Of a stretch of 64,000 nucleotides of DNA, positions 48,810 through 60,309 are shown piece after piece. The DNA comes from Eukaryota sp. GEM-RC1 (taxonomy: Eukaryota): positions 1,178,001 to 1,242,000 of the forward strand of contig JAUFOQ010000001.1 of the NCBI GenBank assembly GCA_040285855.1, written 5' to 3'. Within the stretch, counting starts at the first letter, position 1, and each line of letters begins with the position of its first letter. The notes below the pieces were generated by a model. It did not search any database. It saw only the letters and a program-made list of their open reading frames with translations, and was not told the origin of the DNA. The translations under genes and the position numbers were made by a program.

Positions 48810-51669
48810 CTAATCAAACAAAAGCTTTCCCTCGGATATCCTTTGAAGATTCACTTTCATTTCTTGATCAATACAAAGATTTCCGATAATGATCTTAGTC
48901 ACTAAAGAATTCTCTCTAAGAGCTTCAGCCAAAGTCGTAACTCCGTTAAAAGTTAACAAATTGTCACTAAGATTGATTGTTTTAATTACCCTGTTGGTTT
49001 TCAGTAGGTTCAATAATGAACTGATACTCGAATCACTAATAGAGTTACGACTGAAATTGAGCTTTACGATGCTAGAATTGGTCAATAAAGCGGCGACGAT
49101 TGCTTGAAAATCTGCATCACACAAATGACATCCACGAAGATCTATAGAGCTCAATGAGTTATCCACATTGAGTATATCACAAAGAGCAATCAGATCGTTA
49201 CCAAAAAATCTACAATTTCTAAATTGAAGCATTTTTAGAGAAGTACACTTGATCAAAAAATTGGATTCAAGACCAGTATCTGAACCAAATTCTTTACGTG
49301 CTGATGAAGAGAAAGCAAACACACTGTTTTCAATCTCATTCTTGCAAGCAGATTGACCAAAAAAGTCTACAGAATTGGTCTTAATGTGCAAAAAATCATC
49401 ATGATCAGGATTAACAGAACCACGACAATAAACATGTTTAATAGGATTAAATGTGGTTAGCAAATTTGAGAGACAATTGAGATCTGATTTTTCAATAGCG
49501 TTATTATAGCAAATTTTACCACGAGAAATATCAATAGAATGTGGGAAAACTTGAACATTGTGGACTAATTTGTTTGATATGCCTGAACTGAATAAGCTGC
49601 GAAGATAAGAGGTGCACGGATAATCACGACCACTGAAGATCACGTTTTCTAAAGAAAAATGGGCTTGAACAACATCAAAGATAATCACATAATTCCATCT
49701 CCTAGTATCCCTAGTTATCCCTTACTTTGGTCTAATGAAGATCTCATTCGATATTCGCCTTGTCAATGGCTTATATCACTTCAAAATCTTGTAGATGGTA
49801 TGAACCCTGATGTTTGGGAATCCTTGTTCCCTGCATCTGTGACGGAAACACCTCAACGTACGCTTTTTTCCCTTCCTCTTGGTGTTAGAAAATTTCAGAA
49901 GAAATTTGTATCTTTCCATGAGAGCTTGGACTATACTAACTGCATTAGCTTGGCTAAAGTTAAAAGTCCCGCTTTCTGTGCATTTTTACAAGACATGAGT
50001 AGTGATTCAGCATCTACTTTCATTACTCAATTGCCAGGGAGATTTATTTTTAATCTAAAAGATCATGAATGGCTTGTTAACATGAGACTTCGTTTAGGTT
50101 TTTGGCCATTTGGTTTGTTACAGAACAGCACGTGTATCTGTAAAAACAAACATAAGGCTAGCTTTCATCATTTGGTCAATTGTTCAAAGTTCATATATTG
50201 TCGTTCAATTTTGCACAACAGTCTTCGAGATACATGTTTGGAAATGTTTAAGGCAAATGGTTTCCATGGCAAAGTCGAACCATTACTTTCTCATCTTTCA
50301 GATCACCCTGATTCTACTCAGAAACGTGGTGATTTTATTGGCCCTTGGTTGTCATGCCAAGAAATTGTTGTTGATTTTACGACCGTTGATCCTTGCAAAG
50401 CTTCAGCTATTGCCAACATTTTGAATCCCTCAAATGATCCGCTGAAAGACGCTGAGAACGCCAAAGTGTCTAAGTATGGACATCAAGTTGCTGCATTGAA
50501 TTCACGAAGACACATTAATATCGTCTTTCAGCCTTTTGCAGTTTCATTGTACGGAAATTTCGGTTCTTCTACCAAGGAGTTTTTAAGTTTATTTGAAAAT
50601 TTGTGTTCAGAACTTGGCAAGAAGTTTAACAGATCGTACTGGAAGAGTAAATTTGCTTTTTCGATTTTTAGGTCTATGTATAGATATGTTGATTCCATTT
50701 TGTCCAAGTTGTTTGGAGGCAACTACTTTTCGGAATTAGGTAGTTCGTTTGATAATTTGTTTTAATAGTGTTTATCTATTTGTACTTAACTTATTATGTG
50801 TTTTTCTCCGCACATAAATCCGTTTTTTTTTCTCCTAGTACCTAAATTAGAAAAGTCGATGAAAGTCAATGTCTTATTAGTCCTACCAAAATCACAAAAC
50901 GCAGTTTTACACTGTTTTGTACATAAAGTGTCCCTGAATACTAACCCGTTGATACTATAACACTCCAAAAATGACTGTAAGGAACAAAAGTCGTTTTCAG
51001 ATAGGATATTGTTAGGTGAAAAGAAAACAAGCCGATGTTGACGTCATCAGAAAAGTCGGTATTAAAAAATTCCAATACTGTTTTGTTCAATGACCTTATT
51101 GTAACAAGGTTTGTGACCATGTCAGAACTTATTGTATTAAATCCCAGACATTTAACTCGTTGAATAGGAACATTCCTCTGTAGTGAATTGAGCAGTTCAA
51201 GTACAGAGTTAGCGTCTAAATGATGCTGACACTCAATGTAGCCACAAATTACATCAATCAGATTAGGAGAAGTATTAATATATGATAATGCAGGGTTGAA
51301 GAGGAGTTTTTCAAAAAGTAACAGCAAACCTCTAAAGTTCAAGTGAGGAATATCGACTTTCTTCATTGTTGAATTACTTTCTAGAGCACCAAGAATTGAC
51401 TGAAAGTGGCTTGATTGAAAGGTTGATATCTGTAATTGTAACACAAGTAAGCCAGTATTTTCATGTATCATTTCAACTAAAGAACCGGCCTCTAGGTCAG
51501 TAAAAGGGTTGTGAGACTTATAGATTATCAATTCCCTTAAAGAAGTATTGAACTGAAGAACACTATAGAGTGGAGATAAATCACAATAACTCCAATTGAT
51601 TTCCATCTTTAGAACATTTAATACGCTTTTTGCTAAACTGCTGTAGATTGATGTGGTTTGATACATCAA
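48810..51669 (-). pseudogene. Second RNI-like LRR gene, interrupted by a non-LTR retrotransposon
   Basis: ORFs 50941-51669, 50786-50968 and 48810-49688 carry LRR motifs (LSSIDLRGC, IVKLNFSRNSI, INLSDNLL). The frame is restored on removing the insert plus one TSD. Confidence 0.85.
49708..50830 (+). mobile_element. 5'-truncated RLE-type non-LTR retrotransposon with 10-bp TSD and oligo(T) 3' end
   Basis: TSD tctcctagta at 49698-49707 and 50831-50840. The ORF (to 50765) has CICK...HLVNC, HN, RGD, DFT and AENAKVSKY. Paralog of 10334-11503. Confidence 0.9.
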
Positions 51670-52689
51670 AAGAGTCTAATTCATATTCAACATGTGATAC
51701 ATATCCGAACGGTAGTCTGTAACTGAAATGTGACTAATGTTTTGTATCTTAGAAGGCAAATGTAGTTTGCTGAAATAAATACAATAAATAAATTAATTTA
51801 TCACATGCCAAAAATACTGCTACATGTTGAAAACCACAATATATATTTTTCTGCAAAATCTTAAAAACATTGTTTCTCAGTCACGAAAGGTTGTCCATTT
51901 TACAAAGAATCAGCCGGCTGTACATGCTCTCTTCAAAGAACTCTCCCCAAATAAGACATTTTTAACCCCAGTAACCACTCGGTTTTAAACCAATCATTTA
52001 CTGGTGAAGAGAATGCTAACACTTTGTACGTCACTGATACGAACCTTGTCAATAACAAAGTGCCCATCCACGAAGAAACTTTAGAATTTGACATTGAGTT
52101 GCCTAATTTCCTCGACAATGTATATGCATCCTCCTCGCCAACATCTGAGAAGTTTATTTCTAAGACTTGCCTGGTTAAATCTGATGCCGAACCACAACAA
52201 CTTAAGACGCAGCCGCAGAGCAAAGCTCTCGGTCCACATATTCATCCATTGACGCTCGGGGGAGTTGGATTAGGATGTTTAGTCGATAAATCAATTAGAC
52301 AGAGAAACATGGATGTTCCGTAATGCTCCCTTGATAATGCTCTGATCAACAAAGCAGTCGACCAACAATATGTATGTCCCAGTTCAGATCAAGCTATGAA
52401 TGTTCACTTGGCCAAAGCACCTGATGATATCACAAAATTGATCACTGACTCCGTCTGTCCCAGTGTGGCAAAGTATTCCTATGAAGTATTTATTGACCGA
52501 TACTCTTCAAAGGGAGATCCACAATACAATTTTGTAGTTCAAAGCAATGGTGTTATCTCAGTAGTTTCGTCTTTTGAAGAAGAAAATGCAAATTACTGCC
52601 ACTGTTATGGAATCTGGAGATGATGGAGTTTTAAGTTGATAGTAGTTGATAGTAGTTGCTAGTATCTACCCTTACCAACGAACTAGTAG

Positions 52690-53170
52690 ATCTCACTCGA
52701 GTCTCATTATGGACAAAAGAGACAACCGAACTGAATCTTTTGACCCTGACATTCCCAGTCCGAGTAGTGACGTGACACGTAATAGGGCTCACACACGTTC
52801 TTCAAGGCTACAGAAGGTACTTGCTTCAAGTGTAACAAACCCGGTCATTTTGAGAATGTGTCCTCTAAAGATTCATCAAGTTAATTCTATAAGCACGACG
52901 TCCAACTAACGATAGTCCTAGATGAGTTAACTCATCTAGAGAGGTCTGACTCTTGGAAGTCACGATCCAGACTATCTTCATCAATTGAACCTGTTTCCAC
53001 CTCATGACAAGATTTGCCTTTCCGTCCTAGTCGACGATCCGAAGCTTTGTCAAAGCGTTTATGTTTCAAATTTCAGCAACCAGGACATATCGGCACCAAT
53101 TGTCCTTTAAAACCCAAACATGAACTTAATCTGGTTCAGATTAATAACTGCGAACAAGATCATGTAACAG
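52690..53170 (+). mobile_element. Retroelement gag relic with two zinc knuckles
   Basis: GTCFKCNKPGH (about 52816-52850) and LCFKFQQPGHIGTNCP (about 53060-53105). Confidence 0.55.
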
Positions 53171-54005
53171 AAACATTGACACGTGTGTACAAATGTTATT
53201 ATAGCTCAATTGCAATTCAGATTGAAACACTCAGACAAGAGAAGCAAGTAGTTCAAACATGTAATTAAGTCAAGATCTAGATACAGCAATACAAAACGTA
53301 GACTTCATGCGAATGAAGAAAATTTCTTTCATCATGTAGTTTTAATAACTCAATATGAAAAATAAATTCGGTGAATTAATTAGGTAAAAGGAAGCCTAAA
53401 TACATAACCAAAAACTTGATGAACATTGAATGAATCATATCTTCAGTTGTATGTAGATGTAGTTAAAGAAGGATCTAAATGAGATCATCAATCACAAGTT
53501 CCCATTGCAGAGTGGTAACTAACCTGATGGGAGATTTCAAAGAAGAAGTAACACCAGTCATGAGATTTCAACACGAGGAATAAAGAAATATCTTGAAGTT
53601 ATCATAATCCAAGGATCGAGAAGTAGATCACGTGGAGGAAATGTAGTTGGAAGTCACACAGACATTGGACACGTGGCAAGCAATAGAAGAGAGTGGAAAG
53701 AACAATGTACTAGTAGAGTTCATGATACAGAAGTACAACCATGTTCAAGATTCCTTAAGTAAACTTGAAGAACCCATCTCTGGAGATAGATTTAATACAG
53801 TTACTAGCCTGAAACTCAGTGACTAGTATTAAATTCAGTGAAGTAGAAGGTAAGTGTTAGTATCATGCAAGAATGAAGTTGACACTGCAAACTCCATTTA
53901 AGACAAACGTGGACAGGTGTTGTGGTGCCAGGTAAGCTTGGAACCAGTTGAAGTTATCAGGAAACAATGCCTTACATTTCCACCAGATTTCTTTCTAGCC
54001 TCAAC

Positions 54006-55379
54006 ATGTCATTTTCTCTTCTACCAGCAGAAACTCTCAGCTGCATCCTCACTGACCCCTCGTTCTCTGATCAAACCATTTCTTTTGGGGAAGAGTCTGT
54101 TGAAGTGAACAAAACTGTTCTTGCTGCGAGTTCTACTTACTTTCACTCTCTCTGGTTCTTGGAGTTTGGAGATAAACATGATAATCCCATTGACTTCTCT
54201 CATCTTCCCGGGACTTCCGACACTTTCTTTTCCTTCATTAGATCCTTCTACGGAAAGCCATTCGCTATGACCGACAGTAATGCGTACCACTTCTTCTATC
54301 TAATTCACTACTTCCAAGTAAACAAATTGGTTGACCAGTTTGAAAACCACCTCAACACTCATCTCGTAACCTGGGCTTGGTTAAAACCATTCATTAAAGA
54401 AACAAATGAAAGAAATGACTTGAGGGCTCTGGAATTCATTGGTCCTTTCTTTTCTAAGATTGATGACCTGTTGGTTGATGACGTGATGGAAATCACTACT
54501 GAAGGGTTTAAAACGCTTGTAAAATACTGCACTTCCACTCAATCACTGCCATGGTTCATCAAATCATTGGTGAGCTCAATTCTCAGTCAAAATTTCGATT
54601 TGAATGAGGTTTCCACTATTTTAAATTCTTGTTCAGTCGAAGCTCTTTCTTTACAACAATGGAAAGAGTATTTATTTGTTCCTTTAAAACATGTAAAAGA
54701 ATTGGAGACGGAGTTGATGAAGTTTTCTTTTACAAGAGTTAATGATCTTTGTGTGGACTCTTTGGTGAATGAAAATTCTAAATTAAAACGACTAGTTCAA
54801 GATTTACAGAAAACTACTACAAAGAATCAAGTAACTCCCCAATTAAGACGTTCTCGTATGACTTCTGACAGTTCAGATGACTCAGAGTTTGAAACCAATG
54901 GGATTAGGTTCTCACAAACAAGGAAACATTCTGCATTACACGTTAGTTTGGATAATTCGAGGGTTTTCGTTGACAGTAGCGTTCGTGGTAATAAGTATAG
55001 AAATATCATGGGAGAAGATTCACTTCTTCCAGGTAATGTTTATACTTGGAAGTTGAGGTACCAGGGGCATACTCGTAATCTTCTTGTTGGAGTCATTGAC
55101 GAGTCAAAGTTTAGACTTGATGGTGGTTTTCGGGAGAATGCTCATTGTTTTCACAATGGAAAGTATGTTTATGGTTGTCTCTCAGGAAACAAATCTAAAT
55201 GGAATCCTGGTGAATTACTTGAAATTAATGTAAATTTAATTAATTACACTTTAACAATCAAATCCGTGAGTAATTCTTTAATTAATCTTATTGGAACTCT
55301 TCCCAGATTAAGTAGTGGTAATTATTATCCATTTGCTACTTTAGGTCATAGTAATCATGTTCTTGAAATCGTTGAATAA
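54006..55379 (+). CDS. BTB-CC-SPRY copy 6 (type-B N-terminus, intact)
   Basis: Uninterrupted ORF with the same architecture as copy 1 and a divergent BTB (MSFSLLPAETLSCIL). Confidence 0.88.
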   Translation: MSFSLLPAETLSCILTDPSFSDQTISFGEESVEVNKTVLAASSTYFHSLWFLEFGDKHDNPIDFSHLPGTSDTFFSFIRSFYGKPFAMTDSNAYHFFYLIHYFQVNKLVDQFENHLNTHLVTWAWLKPFIKETNERNDLRALEFIGPFFSKIDDLLVDDVMEITTEGFKTLVKYCTSTQSLPWFIKSLVSSILSQNFDLNEVSTILNSCSVEALSLQQWKEYLFVPLKHVKELETELMKFSFTRVNDLCVDSLVNENSKLKRLVQDLQKTTTKNQVTPQLRRSRMTSDSSDDSEFETNGIRFSQTRKHSALHVSLDNSRVFVDSSVRGNKYRNIMGEDSLLPGNVYTWKLRYQGHTRNLLVGVIDESKFRLDGGFRENAHCFHNGKYVYGCLSGNKSKWNPGELLEINVNLINYTLTIKSVSNSLINLIGTLPRLSSGNYYPFATLGHSNHVLEIVE

Positions 55380-55444
55380 AGTATAACATTTTAATGCAGG
55401 TATTGTGATGCCAGGTAAGCTTGGAACCAAGCTGAGGTTGTCAG

Positions 55445-55955
55445 TAGTGAGGACATATGACGCAAGTTGCGTCACGTTGCGTCACAAGTTTTTACGTGAC
55501 GTGACGCAACGCAGAATATTTCCACGTCACCTCTTACGTTGCGTCACGTTGACGTACATCGTAACGAGACTCTTTTAAAAATATAAAATACAATACGTTG
55601 TTTAAGAATTTATTTGAAGTCATCTACTCGAAATTGACGCAATACCTACCTCATATGAGCACTTTCACAGCTTATTTGTTTTGTTTATTGATCCCAAAAC
55701 TCAAAAAACGTAAAACTCCTCGAACTTTCAACACTGAATCTGTATTTCCGGATGTACAACAACTGTATCATCTATGTTGAACCGATGACAGAATCTTCTT
55801 CATCTTCACCGGATACTTGTGATAGATTTACCGACGATTCGGATGTTGAAGATGTCGAAACTCATGAAGACGAGTTGTGTATGTATTTGAAGGATAAACT
55901 TGAGACACTGACATACTGGAAACAAAATCAGAGTCGATTTCCTGTTCTACTAGTA
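55445..55955 (+). mobile_element. Deleted hAT element with dimerisation-domain fragment
   Basis: Subterminal gcgtcac/gtgacgc repeats, DELCMYL...LTYWKQNQSRFPVL (hAT C-terminal domain), and flanks gtt(g/a)tcag as a probable 8-bp TSD. Confidence 0.7.
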
Positions 55956-57279
55956 GTTATCAGGAACCAATACCTACATCAGTGAACTGAATGTGCTGTT
56001 TCCGAATGAGATACAGATGTTTTCTCTGATCCAAACTCAAAGAAGCCACATATCACAGGGAAAAGGTCAAATCATGATGCTGTACTATTGGTAATGCTTC
56101 TCAAGGTATTAGTAGCTCCTATAAACTAAGAAGTAGCTGTTTGATCAGTTTAATAGGACTTAATGTCAACAGTGTACAGATCAGATATGTCTAACACTTT
56201 ACTCCCTCTTCACAGTTCTCATCTCAATTCGTCATCATTTGGAGTATATCAAACAACTCAATTGTAGGAGATTCTACACCACAGTCTCTCTGAGATAAGT
56301 TCTTGGTCGTATTGTTTGTGCCTTTCCTCTAGAGATGATAGGACCATATATAGATGTGTATTGTGAATATATTATCATCATTATACTTGAAGATGACTAT
56401 TTGCTTGTCTCATCGAATGAATACTGTGTTTATTTGTATAAAGATCCTAACTTAATACATGTTCTTTCGTTTGTACTATTGATTCTGTTGGATACAATCA
56501 CATTCAATGTAACATGTATACTATGAACTCTACAACTGTGTTCAAGATGTCGAGGGACGTTGAAGCAACGTGTTAAGTTATTTGATTTATACAGATTCTT
56601 TAAGCTATCGCATAATCAAAAATACAACATTTTGACTAAGACGATGAGAAGAAACTGAAAACAGAGTCAGATGTCATTCCTTAAACAAGATACAAGGATT
56701 CAGATGATTTCAGAAAAAGGAAGTTGTTGAGCCCCTACAATTGGTGCTACAATTGGTATGTCATCGTCGTCGTTAAACTTCATTTAAGGTAAACCCTGAT
56801 TTAAACTTCCACTTGCAATGATCCATATTTAGGAATCACTATTCATTTTTATTAATCGCAAATAGCAATCAATGATCCTTGGTGTGATACCGTTTGATCA
56901 TCCCCACAATGCAAGTCAATTGTCATAGACTTTGGAACCATGTTTTAAAGGACTTAACATTTGTTTAGTGACATCATCCACAGTCCAAGGTTTAAAAACG
57001 GCATCATTAAGATCAGTGAGGGTAATTAAGCCAACCTCACTATTAATGAACGGAGCGTCGGCGACTACTTTTTAAAACATCATTGGTATAAACAACAACA
57101 ACATTCTGTGCCTTCTCCCTCTTCTGAAAGCTCTTTTGCTTCAAGACTCCATACTCTTGTGGATGCACCTTCAACATCCCAGTACATCGATCTCTTCTTC
57201 ATTTCTTCTACTTCTAATGCTCTTGAGAGGTTCTTCAATTAGAGCCAAACTGACTGTTGGGTGTTTAAGACTGTAAAAT

Positions 57280-57497
57280 ATCCCACATCGCCACTTCTGC
57301 TTACCAAAAATGACCCACTGAAAACTCGTTTTCAATCGCCACAATCACAAAAGTATTGCAGAATGTCTTGTCTATTTAAAGTTTGAGAATAGGCTAAGAG
57401 CATTGCGCCCCTAGTACCTCTAATCATTAGCTTTACCGGACAAAACTAACACGATCTCCAGCTATCCTAGGGGAAACTTCGGGAGGAACCAGTTACT
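57280..57497 (-). rRNA. ~220-bp fragment (pseudogene) of eukaryotic LSU (28S) rRNA
   Basis: The reverse complement contains AGTAACTGGTTCCTCCCGAAGTTTCCCCTAGGATAGCTGG, CCGGTAAAGCTAATGATTAGAGG, CCTATTCTCAAACTTTAAAT and AGTGGGTCATTTTTGGTAAGCAGAAGTGGCGATG, conserved 28S blocks in the right order. Confidence 0.9.
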
Positions 57498-58971
57498 TGT
57501 TGCTTTTTAAAATTTGTTGTTGATTTATTTGATGAAACTTCGAAAATTGCATTTGATGTAACCATTGTCCAAAGGAAGCTTTCAATTTTGCTTTCAATAA
57601 GAGAATTTTGAAGAACACCCCTTTGATTGAAATGAATTTGGTTTCGCAAATTGTTCCTTTGATTTTTTCTGTTCACGGTGGATTGTTTGACAAGACCATT
57701 GATTTTTTTTCAAAACTTTTAAATTTAATGACTTCATTTCTACAATCAATTGCTTGATGGTTAAAGGTAGTGTTCGTAGTAGTTTTGGGTTTAACAATAT
57801 TATAAGATCTTAAAGTAAAAGAGCTCATGTATGGTTTTAATTTGTATTTGCATTCCCAATGAGTTATTTGATCCATTTGTTGTATAAAAGCCGCTTTTTT
57901 TATGTTCTTGATGATTCATACACGTATGACTATTTTAACTTTTAAAATGCCTTTTGGATTTGTTAGTAGTCGTAATCTTCATTCATTGATTATGTTTAGT
58001 TTTTCAATTTTTCACTTTTCACTGGTTCTTATGGTCATATTGTTATGAGAGTTGATAGTGAAAAAATTGACGTATGGTTTCAATTTGTTTTAGTATTCAA
58101 TGTTAGTTAATTGATTCACTTGTTTTATAAAAACTTTTGTTAGTAGTCGTAATCTGGATTTTTTTGATTATGTTTGTTATTTATTTGTGTTTTTCATTGG
58201 TTCTTACTGACATCTGTTTTGAAATTTATCTATGAATTTTCGGGAAACTTCGTGGTAAATAATGAAAATTTCTCTCATTATTATGTTCAGCTATCAAAAC
58301 TACAACAAAAAAAATGAAAACGTTCCTAATGTCAAATAGATTTGAAAAAAAACTAAAAGATTTGTTCAAGAACTCAAAACTTCTCATAATGTCAAAAATT
58401 ACATAAATTAGTCAACCCTATATTTGCCAATCATGTGCTAGAAAACAGACTGTACCTCTGCTCCAAAGAGATGAGCAAACGAAAGGAGTTGAGGAAAGTT
58501 TTTATAACCCACATGAAACGTGTCTGATTGAAGAAACACGTCCACCGATCGACAAGAAGATTCAAAGAAACGATGGCTCACATAGCCAAATATTTAAAAA
58601 AGAAAGACAATTCTTACTTCAAATGACAGAAAGCAAGACGGCAGTCTCCATGATTGACGTTGAGAGGACTTTAAAATTCAAGCAAGTGAAGATTAATCAA
58701 GAGTAACAAAGACTGACGTAAGTACTTGGAGGAAGACGTAAGCAATGAGAACAAAGCAGACAGTGTATCAGAGTTAGGTTGCGGGGAGGAGATACTAGAA
58801 AAGGAGCAAACATTGAACACTTAACTGCTAGTAAGTGTTACATTATCATCAAATGAACGACTACTCTTCAGTGGAGGTTCAGGATTAGACATGTAGTTTT
58901 GTCAAAAGGCCACAAGAACATTGGTCTCCCATTTTAGTCTCATTTACTTATCTCCATCTCTGTTGCTTCTG

Positions 58972-60309
58972 ATGTCATTCTCTCTTCCCCCAGCAGAAAC
59001 TCTTTCCATCATTCTTGATGAAATCTCCTTGTGTAACCAAACCATATCTTTTGGCGGGGAATCCATCGAGGTAAACAAATCTATCCTCGCTGCCCATTCC
59101 ACGTACTTCCGATCCCTCTGGTTCTTGGAGTTTGAGGATAAGCTTGAGAACCCCATTGACTTCTCACATCTTCCCGTCGATTCCGACAACTTCTTCGCTT
59201 TCATCAAGTCCTTCTTTGGAAAATCATTCACCCTCAAGGAGAGCAACGTTTACGACTTCTTTTACCTCGTCCACTACTTCCAAGTGGAAAAACTGATTGA
59301 CCACGTTGAAAACCACCTCAACACTCATCTCGTGACCTGGGCTTGGTTAAAACCATTCATTAAAGAAGCAGATGAAAGAAATGACTTGAGAGCTCTGGAA
59401 TTCGCTGGTCCTTTCTTTTCTAAAATTGATGACCTGTTGCATGATGACGTGATGGCAATCACTACTGAAGGGTTTAAAACGCTTGTAAAATACTGTACTT
59501 CCACTCAATCACTGTTATGGCTCATCAAATCACTGGTGAGCTCAATTCTCAATCAAAATTTCGATTTGAATGAGGTCCTCAATATTTTAAATTCTTGCTC
59601 AGTCGAAGCTCTCTCTTTACAACAATGGAAAGAGTATTTATTTGTTCCTTTAAAACATGTAAAAGAATTGGAGACGGAGTTGATGAAGTTTTCTTATACA
59701 AGAGTTCAAGATCGTTGTGTGGACTCTTTGGCGAAAGAAAATTCTGATTTAAAGGAAGAAAATTCCAAAACCAGGAGAGAAATTGCCGAATTACAACGAG
59801 AAATTGAAAAATTAAAAAAGACTGTTACAAATATGATTAGATTCTCTCAAACTAAGAAACATCCTCAGTTACAAGTTAGTGAGGATAGAAAGAGAGTTGA
59901 TTATGGAAGTGGTGATTTGGCGGGTAGAAATATCTTGGGAGAAGATCCACTTCTTCCAGGTAATGTCTATACTTGGAAGTTGAGGTACCAGGGGTATATC
60001 AGTAGTCTTTTTGTTGGAGTCATTGACGAGTCAAAGTTTAGGTTTGATGGAAATTGTAATGATGACGCTCACTGTCGTTCAAATAGTGGTGGTTCCATTA
60101 GTGGTTGTCTCTCAGAAGACAGCACTAAGTGGAATCTTGGTGAATTACTTGAAATCACTGCAAATCTAGTTAATTACACTTTAACAATCAAAACCGTGAG
60201 TAATACTTCAATTAATCTTACTGGAACTCTTCCCAGATTAAGTACTGGTAATTATTATCCATTTGCTGTATTATGTCGTAGAGGTCATGTACTTGAAATC
60301 GTTGAATAA
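58972..60309 (+). CDS. BTB-CC-SPRY copy 7 (intact)
   Basis: Uninterrupted ORF with the family architecture, preceded by the conserved ~200-bp upstream block. Confidence 0.88.
   Translation: MSFSLPPAETLSIILDEISLCNQTISFGGESIEVNKSILAAHSTYFRSLWFLEFEDKLENPIDFSHLPVDSDNFFAFIKSFFGKSFTLKESNVYDFFYLVHYFQVEKLIDHVENHLNTHLVTWAWLKPFIKEADERNDLRALEFAGPFFSKIDDLLHDDVMAITTEGFKTLVKYCTSTQSLLWLIKSLVSSILNQNFDLNEVLNILNSCSVEALSLQQWKEYLFVPLKHVKELETELMKFSYTRVQDRCVDSLAKENSDLKEENSKTRREIAELQREIEKLKKTVTNMIRFSQTKKHPQLQVSEDRKRVDYGSGDLAGRNILGEDPLLPGNVYTWKLRYQGYISSLFVGVIDESKFRFDGNCNDDAHCRSNSGGSISGCLSEDSTKWNLGELLEITANLVNYTLTIKTVSNTSINLTGTLPRLSTGNYYPFAVLCRRGHVLEIVE

Noticed and set aside
57280..57497. Functional rRNA gene or R2-type rDNA insertion site
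   Set aside because: Only ~220 bp is present with no rDNA on either side, and the RLE elements in this window are not inserted in it.
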